From positions 1-49,981 of the forward strand of contig NW_021834252.1 of assembly GCF_006345805.1 (NCBI RefSeq): a DNA stretch of 49,981 nt. Reading direction: 5' to 3'. The number at the start of each line of letters is the position of its first letter. Within the stretch, counting starts at the first letter, position 1. The notes below the pieces were generated by a model. That model made no database searches, had not been told where the DNA came from, and saw nothing but the letters and a program-made list of their open reading frames with translations. Shown piece by piece: positions 1-10,464 of the stretch. The stretch is from Octopus sinensis (Eukaryota). The position numbers were made by a program, and so were the translations under genes.

Positions 1-868
1 ATGACTATTATTTTTCGGAAGTTATTTATCGTTGATTTTTATTCGAGAAAAACTCTGCTGAGGAATATCTTTACAGAACCCGTTTTAAACCCCTTTCTCG
101 ATCATTCGTCCATAATTTCTTTTTTACTTCTCTCTAATTATCTCGCTGTCCACGTTGTTCAATTGGCTAAGTCCACATTCACGAAGGAGAAACGCATGAT
201 CAAATGCACTCCACTTGTAAAACAAATTTGTTCATACATAAGAGACTGTTATATTAATGTACCTTTCTTTCTTAATGATGGCATTTGAGATCAATTTGGC
301 TGCCGTATCTAGCAATAAGGCAAGTACGTAGAGTGTTCCTTGCTTTTCTTGCAGCTAGCTTTTTTTAAATTTTCATTATAGAGAACTGAACTACATTAAC
401 CCCGTCAGACAAGGAAGTAAGAACGGTCACAGTTCTGCTCTTCTTTTTCCTCTCTATATTTCGCTGATTAAAAATTCCATTTCATTTTAATCCTTTGCAC
501 TATATTTCAACGGATGCAAGATTTTTACCAAGTTTAAGACAAAATTCATACTGTGGTATATCAACTGGGCAGCATAATCGGTAGAGCACCGAACCTAATA
601 CATCACTAGCTGAAATCAAAATACTTCCTGGGGCCATAGAATATGTAACTGATAAATACTGATGGCAATTGAATCAATCGTTTCTCTCCCATAAATTGTG
701 AACTTGTTACACTGTGAGAAATCGTTATCACTGGATTGTGTTTCATTGTTCTCCGATTGCTAAACGATAACCAGCAAAAAATGTGGGGCTCTTTCTTATT
801 CGAGTGTAACCCTCGCCAAAAATGTCTTGGTTTTCTGCCTAAGTTGTAAATGATTGTTACGAGTAATG

Positions 869-1020
869 GAGGGCGGGGAATTGCCAGAATCGTTAGAGTA
901 TCGGGCAAAATGTCTTACCGTATGTTTTAACTTTTTTATGTTCTGAACATAAATCCTGGTGAGAGAGGTTTTGTCTTTCATCCCTCTGGAGTCGATAGAA
1001 TAAAGTACCAGTAGAGTACT
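869..1020 (+). mobile_element. Diverged tRNA-derived SINE, family A
   Basis: Degenerate head (gggcggggaattgccagaatcgttag) and core (gtctttcatccctctggagtcgatagaataaagtaccagt) align by eye with the better copies at 4822-5041 and 7731-7963. Confidence 0.7.
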
Positions 1021-1034
1021 AGAGTGCAGTCCTT

Positions 1035-1175
1035 GTGGAAGTAAGGTGTCTTGTGTGCCTCAATGATCCTGAGAGCAATGCCAACTGAGTGTAAGCTCCT
1101 GGTGGGATCTCCCGTGCTAGAAAGGTCAAAAGATAGAGGCCAGACTAAAGTGGGCCACCCCTTTCCTAATGTAAA
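1035..1175 (+). mobile_element. Fragment resembling the 5' UTR of an RTE-type non-LTR element
   Basis: cttgtgtgcctcaatgatcctgagagc...aagctcctggtgg...aggtcaaaagatagaggccagactaaagtgggccac is homologous to 27170-27270. The RTE assignment is from recalled similarity. Confidence 0.45.
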
Positions 1176-1478
1176 AATAGGTTCATGTAGCACGAACCAT
1201 CCTACCTAGAATAAATCAAAGTTACACAAACATTGACGAGAAATCGAAACTGACAAGAACTGTGAGAGAAAGGCCTTCTTTCATGAAACATAAGGGAGAG
1301 TAGAAAAAACAGGGAGAAACTGGAGAGAAACAAGAAATACATTCCAGAGTCGAGGACGGGGGAGAAAAGTTTTCGATAGGAAAGGAAGGCCTTAAATAAA
1401 TAAAGTATTGGAGTTAGATAAATTGGTTGACCCTCTGCGCCCAAATTTAAAGCTTTGTACCAATGCCAGGAAATACTG

Positions 1479-1652
1479 ATTTCAAATTTTGGCACAAGGC
1501 CAACAATTAAATCGATCCCAGTGTTCAACTGGTACTTATTTTGTTGACCCCGAAAGGAAGGAAAGCAAAGTCGACTCCGTCGGTATTCGAACACAGAACG
1601 TGAAGCCGGAGCAAAGCATTTTTCCCGACGTGGTAACGATTTTGCCAACCCA
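1479..1652 (-). mobile_element. SINE family A (tail 2a), diverged with internal deletion
   Basis: tttcaaattttggcacaaggcc...aactggtacttattttgttgaccccgaaagga...aaagtcgac...ggtaacgattttgcca is the reverse complement of the family A layout. Confidence 0.8.
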
Positions 1653-2824
1653 GAGTCTTAATGCTAGAAAATATTATTATTAAAGAGATGTGAATTAGAA
1701 GGATCGTTAGCGCATCGAACATCCTATCTAGGTCAATGTTGCTTTTCATCATTTCCGGGCCAATAATATAAAGTACCAGTAACATATTAGGTGTCTTTTC
1801 TCAACAAAATTTCTGGCTTTATGCGTATGTCAGAAAAAATCTTTACTATTTCTGGAGCGAACGTCAAAATGGCTGCAGATAAACTGTTAACCAGATGTCA
1901 TTGATAAGGTTACTTAATCCCAGGTCTGCTTTGATACGGACAAAGCTATGTTGATAATAGTCAAAAGATCAACTCTTTTTCCTAGAATAAAGGATTTTTA
2001 ATGTGTCCTATTTTTATTTTTTAGATTTTAGTAAAATTTAAGGGAAATTCCGTTGCTATTTCTAGCAGGTCGAGTGACAGTGCAAAGGATATCTAATAGG
2101 CTCATACTGAAGTAGTTATTTAGTGAAGAAGACGGTGGTGTGAAAAAAATGATCGGGAAATTTAGTCTAAATCAAAATGAAAGTTACAGCTGGTATCAGT
2201 TCGCTCCCTGTACGCTCCCTTCATTTGCATAAAGATGAATGCAACTGAGATAGGTTTTGGAAACGGCTTCTTTGCATTTGTCAAAGATGAGTTAATTTTA
2301 ATTCCGTTAAAGGTACGTATCCTGACGCACAGATTGGTATCTACTCCGACGTAGAATTTGGATGTGTACGGTGGATGTTGTCTAGAAAGAATATTAAGAA
2401 AGATGTGAGAAGCGTGTGATTGGCTGATATTTTATACTTAGTATTGAATAGACATTTGAACTAATTATAAAGGGGAATAGTTAATTGCTTAGTCTAACAT
2501 ACTGGACTCATTTTCTTCTTCGGTGAAAAATAATTGTTATATTTTGTGAACTTTTTTCTGATAATTGATGACGCAGAATCTTATCAGCTGCCATGGTGAC
2601 AACAATATTCCTTATAAATAGCTATATGCAATTGATGGGATTCTCTGACGAATTCAGCGATGGACAATCAGTTGTTCTTCGTTGAACGAACGCTCGTCGC
2701 CTTAAACTAACGTGTAGGTGGCTGCGTACTTTACATATACATACACTCTTTACGCAGTTCCAAAACCGAATTAGCGCGACTTCAGAAGTCTCAAAGATTT
2801 TGAATTACGAAGCATTCGAGGGTT

Positions 2825-2985
2825 TTTTCTACACAGTTTCTGTCCCCCCAATTCTACTCACAAATCTTGACTCGAGCCGAGGTTTATGGTAAACATTCTT
2901 GTCCAACGTACCATGTAATAAAACAGAACTTGTGATCTTACGATTGTGAAGCGAATTTCTTAACTACTCAGTCATGTATGAGTAT
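2825..2985 (-). mobile_element. Decayed head half of SINE family B
   Basis: cagtttctgtc...aattctactcacaaatcttgactcgagccgagg...cttgtccaacgtaccatg resembles 13790-13930. Confidence 0.55.
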
Positions 2986-4424
2986 TTTAATCTTCGGATT
3001 AACTCATTGATTTGTGAATTGAACTGATTAGAGTTTGAGTGCTGCTCAGTATGAGGAGAAATGTTAGCAGTTGTGATATTTTAGCGGTCTTGAGTATGAA
3101 TATAGATTGGTATTCCAGAATATCAGAGTGCAGCCAGTCCACGGTGGTGGGAGTGAATGAATAGAGGGCTTTCATACATACGGCGGAGAGTTATACAAGT
3201 GGCGAGAAGAGATATAAAAGCTGTTGAGGAATCGTATGATTGGCTGAATGCCTTTTATGTAATATGGTAATATATGGAGAAGTGAAATAATTACGAAATG
3301 GAGGTGAGCAAATAGTTTTACATGCAGCACAACGCTACATGTATTATGAATGCGATTTCTTATTGATCTCACTTAAGCTGAAGGATCTATATTTATTTTC
3401 ATTTGCTTAATAAAGGAATTTACAGTAAAATTAGTTGTCCTTATATCGCCAGGTGGGTATCAGATACTATATTTTGATTGGCTTGTATTCTAGCCAATGG
3501 GAGATTTCACTCCTACTCATTATAGATAGTATATTAAATAAACTGAATATACACATCAATCATGTGACTCCGCATCTTCAGTGTAGAAGACAAAAATATC
3601 TCGAACGCCTTGACCACTTAAGTCATGTTCGGCAAAGTGGTCAATATTAACCACTGGGGTCTATAAAAACGTGAAAGTTTTTAAGCATTAAGGGTGCTTA
3701 TGTATTAGCGAATTAAGCATGGAAGAGCATGGTCATTTAAGGCTGAGGTGTACCAAATACCGCTGCAGTAACTAGTTTTCACTAAATACATATTTCTCTT
3801 TAAATATTTCCATTATATCAATATAATATAACTGAATTGTTCTATATCAATTTTATTAAGTATTTTCACTAGATTTCTTCAGATATTTCTTGTAGAAAAA
3901 GTGGAAATTACACAAAAGAACGAGCTTATCTTTATTAAATCAAGAAATTTTTTTATTAAGTATACCTTTTAGTTATATTTTGAAATTTACATGACGGAGG
4001 TCGATAGATTATCAAAGATTTCATAATGGTTTCAATGATAAAAGAATTTTACCTGCTCTTGACGTACATATTTGATTCTTTGCGAAGGTCCAGTTGTTGA
4101 TAGTAACAGGAAATATTTATTATCAGCATGGAATGAATGGTCTACATAATTTCTTATTTGATTAGTTCTGGGGGTACCACCGCAACTCCGAGTTTTTATC
4201 TTCTCATATATGGGTGAAAATGGAACCGAGAAGCGACAAGGAAGAGCCTCAGTTTAGAATGAATGATTTTTACTCCTACTAAATATTCTCTAATGCTTAG
4301 TCTCTGCAGTGAATTCAAACTCACAAACACAAACACATACAACGACGCACACCCCCACCGGCCTATTTATATATATATATACATGAAACAAATAGACACA
4401 CACATACTATAAGGATAAAAAGAG

Positions 4425-4490
4425 TTTCAAATTCTGGCACAGGACTAGCAATTTCGGGAGAGGGGCTAAGTCGATTACATCGAACCCAGT
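4425..4490 (-). mobile_element. SINE A 3' half (tail 2a)
   Basis: tttcaaattctggcacaaggactagcaatttcgggagaggggctaagtcgattacatcgaacccagt. Confidence 0.8.
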
Positions 4491-4507
4491 TGTTGGCTTT
4501 TTCCTTG

Positions 4508-4613
4508 TTTAGGGGTGATTACTTAAGTACCAATGAAACACTTGGCTCGATGTAATCGACTAGTCACCTCACCCCTCAAAAAAATTCAGGCCTTGTGCCT
4601 ATAGTAGAAAGAA
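4508..4613 (+). mobile_element. SINE A 3' half (tail 2b) followed by an ATT tract
   Basis: ttaagtaccaatgaaacacttggctcgatgtaatcgactag...ttcaggccttgtgcctatagtagaaaga then (ATT)n. Confidence 0.8.
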
Positions 4614-4660
4614 TTATTATTATTATTAATATTATTATTATCATTATTGCTATTATTATT

Positions 4661-4692
<32 letters not shown>

Positions 4693-4725
4693 TCATCATC
4701 ATTATTATTATTATTATTATTATTA

Positions 4726-4762
<37 letters not shown>
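4614..4762. repeat. Compound (ATT)n/(ATC)n microsatellite
   Basis: Directly visible trinucleotide runs. Confidence 0.95.
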
Positions 4763-4764
<2 letters not shown>

Positions 4765-5213
4765 GGCACCAAGTTGGCAGAGTCGCTAGTATCCCGGGTA
4801 AAATGCTTAGCGGTATTTCGCTGGCAGAACTGTTAGCACGCCGGGCGAAATGCTAAGCGGTATTTCGTCTGCGTTACGTTGTGAGTTCAAATTCCGCCGA
4901 GGTCGACTTTGCCTTTCATCCTTTCGGGGTCGATAAATTAAGTACCAGTTACGCATTGGAGTCGATGTAATCGATTTAATACCTATGTCTGTCCTTGTTT
5001 GTCCCCTCTGTGTTTAGCCCCTTGTGGGTAATAAAGAAATAGGTATTTCGCCCGTCGCTACGTCTACGTGCTGAGTTCAAATTCCGCCGAGGTCGACTTT
5101 GCCTTTCATCCTTTCGGGGTCAATAAATTAAGTACTAGTGAAACACTGTGGTCGATTTAATCGACTAGTTCCCTCCCCCAAAATTCCAAGGCCTTGTGCT
5201 TTCGGTAGAAAAG

Positions 5214-5259
<46 letters not shown>
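4763..5259 (+). mobile_element. SINE A host copy (tail 2b plus ATT tail), interrupted at GGTATTTCGC
   Basis: Head at 4763-4821. The element resumes at 5042 with the B box (gagttcaaattcc), core and tail, then (ATT)n at 5214-5259. Confidence 0.85.
4822..5041 (+). mobile_element. Young SINE A (tail 1) nested in another SINE A with a 10-bp TSD
   Basis: A box tggcagaactgttagc, B box gagttcaaattcc, tail ...ccccttgtgggtaataaagaaata. GGTATTTCGC is present at 4812-4821 and 5042-5051. Confidence 0.9.
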
Positions 5260-5260
<1 letters not shown>

Positions 5261-5447
5261 GTCATACAAGTAACGGAGAGATTCAAGAAACGAGATACGT
5301 GCCTGGGAACTTATCAAAGTTTAAAATGTGCGACGCACGACACTTTCGGCCTTTGAGTCGTTTGTGGCTTCTGATTAAAAATGTAATAAAATGTGTACTC
5401 ATATTTTGAATTCTATCTTGTTGGTTCTACTAAACCTATGTGTGTGT

Positions 5448-5537
5448 GAGTGTATATATGTGTGTGTGTGTGTGTGTTGTGTGTGTGAGAGAGAGAGAGA
5501 GAGAGATAGCGTGTGTGCGCGGCATGCGCGTCACTGC

Positions 5538-5596
<59 letters not shown>

Positions 5597-5649
5597 ATAT
5601 ATATATATATATAGATAGATAGATAGATAGATACACATAAACATATATA

Positions 5650-5690
<41 letters not shown>

Positions 5691-5782
5691 TAAGCAGCCC
5701 TATATCTACTTGTCTCTGTCTGTATATATATTTATATACGTATATATATATAATATATATATATATCTATATCTATATATAT

Positions 5783-5812
<30 letters not shown>
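5448..5812. repeat. Compound (TG)/(GA)/(TA)/(GATA) microsatellite block
   Basis: Directly visible. Confidence 0.95.
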
Positions 5813-5813
<1 letters not shown>

Positions 5814-5815
5814 TT

Positions 5816-5924
5816 TATAGAGGGCATTATTACACATAAATGCCTCACGCTAAGAGGGACATAAGTCATTACTACCAAAATTTAACTAATCATGAGGCAT
5901 TTATGTGTAATAATGCCCTCTATA
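5816..5924. mobile_element. MITE-like hairpin in TA context: perfect 32-bp inverted repeats, 45-bp spacer
   Basis: tatagagggcattattacacataaatgcctca (5816-5847) is the exact reverse complement of 5893-5924. Confidence 0.7.
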
Positions 5925-6089
5925 TAATATAAATTAATATTTTCAAAGGAAAAAAATTATTTTCGAATTTTTTCTCTTATGAGTTTTTTCACGCTAACTA
6001 CCTGATAATTTCTTGTTAAGATTCCTTATTAAGAAGTTATCCTTAATTGTTAAATTTATATATATATAAACATATTCACATATAGATAA

Positions 6090-6137
<48 letters not shown>

Positions 6138-6301
6138 ATCTACATATATATACATACATGCATACATACACACACACAAACACAGACACACACATATGAG
6201 AAAGATATAAAGCAATGAAGATTCAGGGGAATAGAGTGAGACAGAACAAGTGCGCGAAGTGAGGGAGAGAGAGGGGGAGGAAGAGAAAGAGAGGTGATAA
6301 A

Positions 6302-6335
<34 letters not shown>

Positions 6336-6820
6336 CAGCCAGGCAGGCAGAGAGGGAGAGACCGTTGAATGCTACAGCATGTACACAACAGCGTAAAGTT
6401 CGTTGAACATAGCCAGATATCTGAATTCTACTAAACATCATCAAAACGAGAAAACGAAGGTGGATAGGAATACGTGTTCGCAAGCAGCACCGGTCTAACA
6501 CACTGTTTATGCAATAATAATAACTACTAGATATGAATATAAATATGCAAATAATATATGTTGATGGTATTGCTGAGGAAAACAGCAGCGAACATTTCAT
6601 AGCACTCTGTCGCAATGCACAACCGCCAAAACCGATTTCTTAGAAGTTGACACATTTCTACAGATTTATTCAAAATATTTGCCGTACATTAAGAAAAATA
6701 TAATTCCGTGGAAATTCCTTTTTCTTTTTGGAAATTTATATTATTTATATAGTTTTCTTTTCTCTAAATGGTCTTGGAGAAAAATATACCACACCTGCCT
6801 CTCTATATGTATATATATTT

Positions 6821-6824
<4 letters not shown>

Positions 6825-6911
<87 letters not shown>

Positions 6912-6930
6912 ATATATATCTATATATATA
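6825..6930. repeat. Long (TA)n microsatellite
   Basis: Directly visible. Confidence 0.95.
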
Positions 6931-7149
6931 TCTAATATAAATTAAAAACAGAACACAAAGGAACACAAAGGATGTGTTCTGTTTTTTAATTTATATTTTT
7001 AATTTATATTTGCTATATCCCCTCTCACCTCTGCCACTATCTGGCATATACAGGTGCTTACACTTATCAAGTATTCACTCTAAATTTACAGTACCTATAT
7101 ATCCATATATGTAGTGGGTGTATATGTTTGTATCTATATAATAGAATAT

Positions 7150-7340
7150 TGATTCCAAATTTTGGCAAAAAGTCTGCAATTTAGGAGTAAGTCGATTACA
7201 TCGACCCCAGTAATCAACTGGTACTTAATTTACCAATTTCGAAAAGCAAAGTCGACCACAGTGGAATTAGAACATGAGACATAGAGACGGACGAATCACC
7301 GATATTTCGCCTGGTGTGGTAACGATTCTGCCAGGTAGAC
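7150..7340 (-). mobile_element. SINE A (tail 2a), diverged
   Basis: ttccaaattttggcaaaaag...aagtcgattacatcgaccccagt...aactggtactt...aaagtcgacc...ggtaacgattctgccag. Confidence 0.8.
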
Positions 7341-7680
7341 GACCAGTGATATAAGAGACTACAATATACTATATATAGTGTGTATGTACACATACACACA
7401 TACACACACACACACACACACACATAAATAGCTACACAGATAGATATATGTTATTGATAATAACTAGAAGGCTTTTCATTTCTATTCCTTTCAATGAATG
7501 GCGCTTTCTCCAGGAGGTACCGTGTCCAACGATCATCAAGCGTTTCAAATCTGGACCGTTTAGGGGTGGCCATATCACCAAATCACATGTATAAATTACT
7601 TCCTAACAACTAAATTTTGGGCCCGATTTCGATCCTTACTAGACCTTATCATAACAGCACTCAATAAAGTCCAAGATATA

Positions 7681-7730
<50 letters not shown>

Positions 7731-7735
<5 letters not shown>

Positions 7736-7963
7736 CTTCATTGCCCACAAGGGGCTAAACATAGAGGGGACAAACAAGGACATACAAACGAATTAAGTCG
7801 ATTACATCGACCCCAGTGCGAAACTGGTACTTTATTTATCGACCCCGAAAGGATGAAAGGCAAAGTCGACCTCGGCGGAATTTGAACTCAGAACGTAACG
7901 GCAGACGAAATATCGCTAAGAATTTCGCCCGGCGTGCTAACGTTTCTGCCAGCTCGCCGCCTT
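7731..7963 (-). mobile_element. Full-length young SINE A (tail 1) monomer between microsatellites
   Basis: Minus strand reads aaggcggcgagctggcagaaacgttagc...gagttcaaattcc...ccccttgtgggcaatgaagaaa and runs into (TA)n. Confidence 0.92.
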
Positions 7964-8034
7964 CTAAATGTATGTATGTATGTATGTATGTATGTATGTA
8001 TGTATTATGTATGTATGTATGTATCCACATATTG

Positions 8035-8270
8035 TGGTGCGTGGCTTAGTGGTAAGGGTGCTTGTTTCTTGATATTCTGACTGTGGGTTCGATTCCCGGT
8101 CCGAGTGGCATGTTGTGCTCTTGAGCAAAACACTTCATTTTGCGTTTCTCTAGCACTGTGTGGGGACCGGCATGTCAAAGACTTGACCGAATATTTCCTT
8201 TGCGTGTCGTAAGAGGTGACTGAAAGTGCTTGAGTTAGGAGTTGCATCCGAATCGTAAAAGTCTCACCAG
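8035..8270 (+). mobile_element. tRNA-derived SINE (family G/E) with CORE-like and V-like segments
   Basis: A box tggcttagtggt and B box ggttcgattccc are visible. gtgctcttgagcaaaacactt (CORE-like) and gtcgtaagaggtgact...ttaggagttgcatcc (V-like) are named from recall. Confidence 0.65.
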
Positions 8271-8473
8271 CAACGACTACACTTACAGACCAGAGGGTTG
8301 GAGGATAATCGCCTGAGTGGTCCCTTACAGGTTTTAAATGTCTTAATCACGCCTCCAATGTATGTCTGACGTTGAGAGTGGTGAAGTAATTTCGTTTGTA
8401 AAGCAACGGTTTCTCGGTTTTTCTTTGCGGTGTTAATAGATCAACAAAAGCTATATGCTTACATACATACGTA

Positions 8474-8475
<2 letters not shown>

Positions 8476-8558
<83 letters not shown>
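8476..8558. repeat. (TC)n microsatellite
   Basis: Directly visible. Confidence 0.95.
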
Positions 8559-8560
<2 letters not shown>

Positions 8561-9002
8561 GCACTCACACACCCATGTATATACCAAACTGTAAGGCCAT
8601 AATTTTGTACCCAGGTTGGTGAGATTCTGCACAGCATCACATATTTTCAATAATATAGTCATTGAGTACGTAATCATTTTTTTTTCTGAATTTGTTCTTC
8701 TAACTTCTTATAACAGACAGAAAAAAAAAGAACATTTTTTGCAATAAACATTGGAAAGTTTTCTGATTAGGAAAATAATTAACTTAGAGCAATTACGAAT
8801 ATTATTAGCCTGATTTGAAAACTGTTTTCCCAGTAAGTAAAAGAACTGCATGTAAGAAGAACTTTTATTTAAAGTATTTTGGTTTGTCTTTTAGCTTTTC
8901 GTTGTTTCATTCTCATTGTTTACACTGCGTCGATGGGGGGAAACCGCCCGGAAGGGTTTTAGTCAAACGTATCGACTTCAGTATTAATTTTCTTAAAATC
9001 TG

Positions 9003-9128
9003 GTATTTATTCTATCGGTTTCTAATACCGAAGCGCTGAAATACGGGTACGTAGGTACACGAACACCGGTTGTCAAGCTGTAGTGATGGATAAACACAAA
9101 CACAAAGACACACTCATAGACAGATAGA

Positions 9129-9171
<43 letters not shown>

Positions 9172-9328
9172 TACGGGCTTTTTTCGTTTCTGTCTACAAA
9201 ATCCACTATCAAGGCTTTGGTCAACCCGAGATTATAATAGAAGACACCAGCCCAAGGTGTCAGACAGAAGGACTGAACCTGGGACCATGTGGTTCGGAAG
9301 CAAGCTTCTTACCAAATAGTCACGCCTT
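9003..9328 (-). mobile_element. SINE family B lacking its 3' tail
   Basis: tattctatcggt...ggttgtcaag...internal TA run...tctacaaaatccactatcaaggctttggtc...gactgaacctgggaccatgtggtt. Confidence 0.85.
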
Positions 9329-9756
9329 CAGAAAGCAAATTCATTTACTGCAACAAACATTGGAAAATTTTACTGATTAGGAAAATAATTCACGTACACC
9401 AAATATTAAAATTATTACCGTAACTTGAAAAGCCATGTTTTCCCAGGAAAACATATAAGCATGCTAAAAATAGACTTTTGTTTTACATTCTAAATTAGTT
9501 TGTTTCTGGATTTTGTGCTCTTTTCTTTCGAAGCACAACTTGATTCATTTTTCTGAAAGTTCTTGGAATCAATAACGTTTAGTATACCAACATCCCTGAA
9601 GCATGTATACCAATTGAAGCATGTCAACATCATTCCAAAAGTAAACGTAAAAGATTTAATCTCCCATGTACTAAAATCTTGTAATTATATTTATCTTAGT
9701 TGATATTAAAGCTGACTGGTTAAGACTGGGTATTTTTGCTGATATGAGTGTATATA

Positions 9757-10019
9757 CGAGGGAGGGCTGAAAAGTTCCTGGCTTTGGGCAAAAGAGAAAT
9801 ACAGGAGAATTTGTTAATTAGGATTTTATTCAAACTATTTCTCTCTCAGATTCACACACTTGTTGCAGTGGTCCTCCAGTTTTACTAAGCCCTGTAAAAG
9901 AACTGGGAAGGTCGGGCCTCGATCTACTTCTGGTGGGTCAAAGACTACGTAGGGATGTTCTCCATAGGAATATCAAAGATACCTTTAAAGCCAGGAAATC
10001 TTCAGCACCCCGCTCCTCG
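9757..10019. mobile_element. Tc1/mariner-type MITE with TA TSD
   Basis: Left TIR cgagggagggctgaaaagttcctggcttt; right TIR (rc) cgaggagcggggtgctgaagatttcctggcttt. TA at 9755-9756 and 10020-10021. Confidence 0.8.
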
Positions 10020-10416
10020 TACACAAGATGCAAAAGAAAAAGAACCTCCCATAGTTTGCAGGTTTACAAATGTTACAGCGGCAAACGCGCTGCGTACATC
10101 GTTCAAAACCAAGATGGGTACTGAAGAAAATGAAACAAAAAAAAAAAAAACGGGAGCCCAGTGGAAGAATTATTACTATAATTCAAGAATCCAGTGTTGT
10201 TACTACATCGCGCAAATTAGGCTGATTAGGCGTGAGAACTGCGTTAAGAATTAATTCACGTCTGCGAAATACTCATCCACATAATGCATTTATACGTCTG
10301 TTTAACGAGTAGGTAATTTAGTAGATCGAACAGTCGAATACTAATCGTTGAAACAGACTGAAGATCATCATCAACATCATTAAAATCATCATCACCTCCA
10401 CCCCCATGAGAACTTC

Positions 10417-10464
<48 letters not shown>

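Noticed and set aside
1-288. 95-aa ORF at the window start
   Set aside because: No recognisable domain on either strand.
8035-8105. Possible tRNA genes here, at SINE B heads and near 13000
   Set aside because: A/B boxes are present, but no cloverleaf could be built and the sequences continue into SINE bodies.
4595-8677. Many ORFs rich in YI, CV, RE or poly-I (also at 17.5-18 kb and 31.7-38 kb)
   Set aside because: They are translations of (TA)n, (TG)n, (GA)n and (ATT)n microsatellites, which lack stops in some frames.
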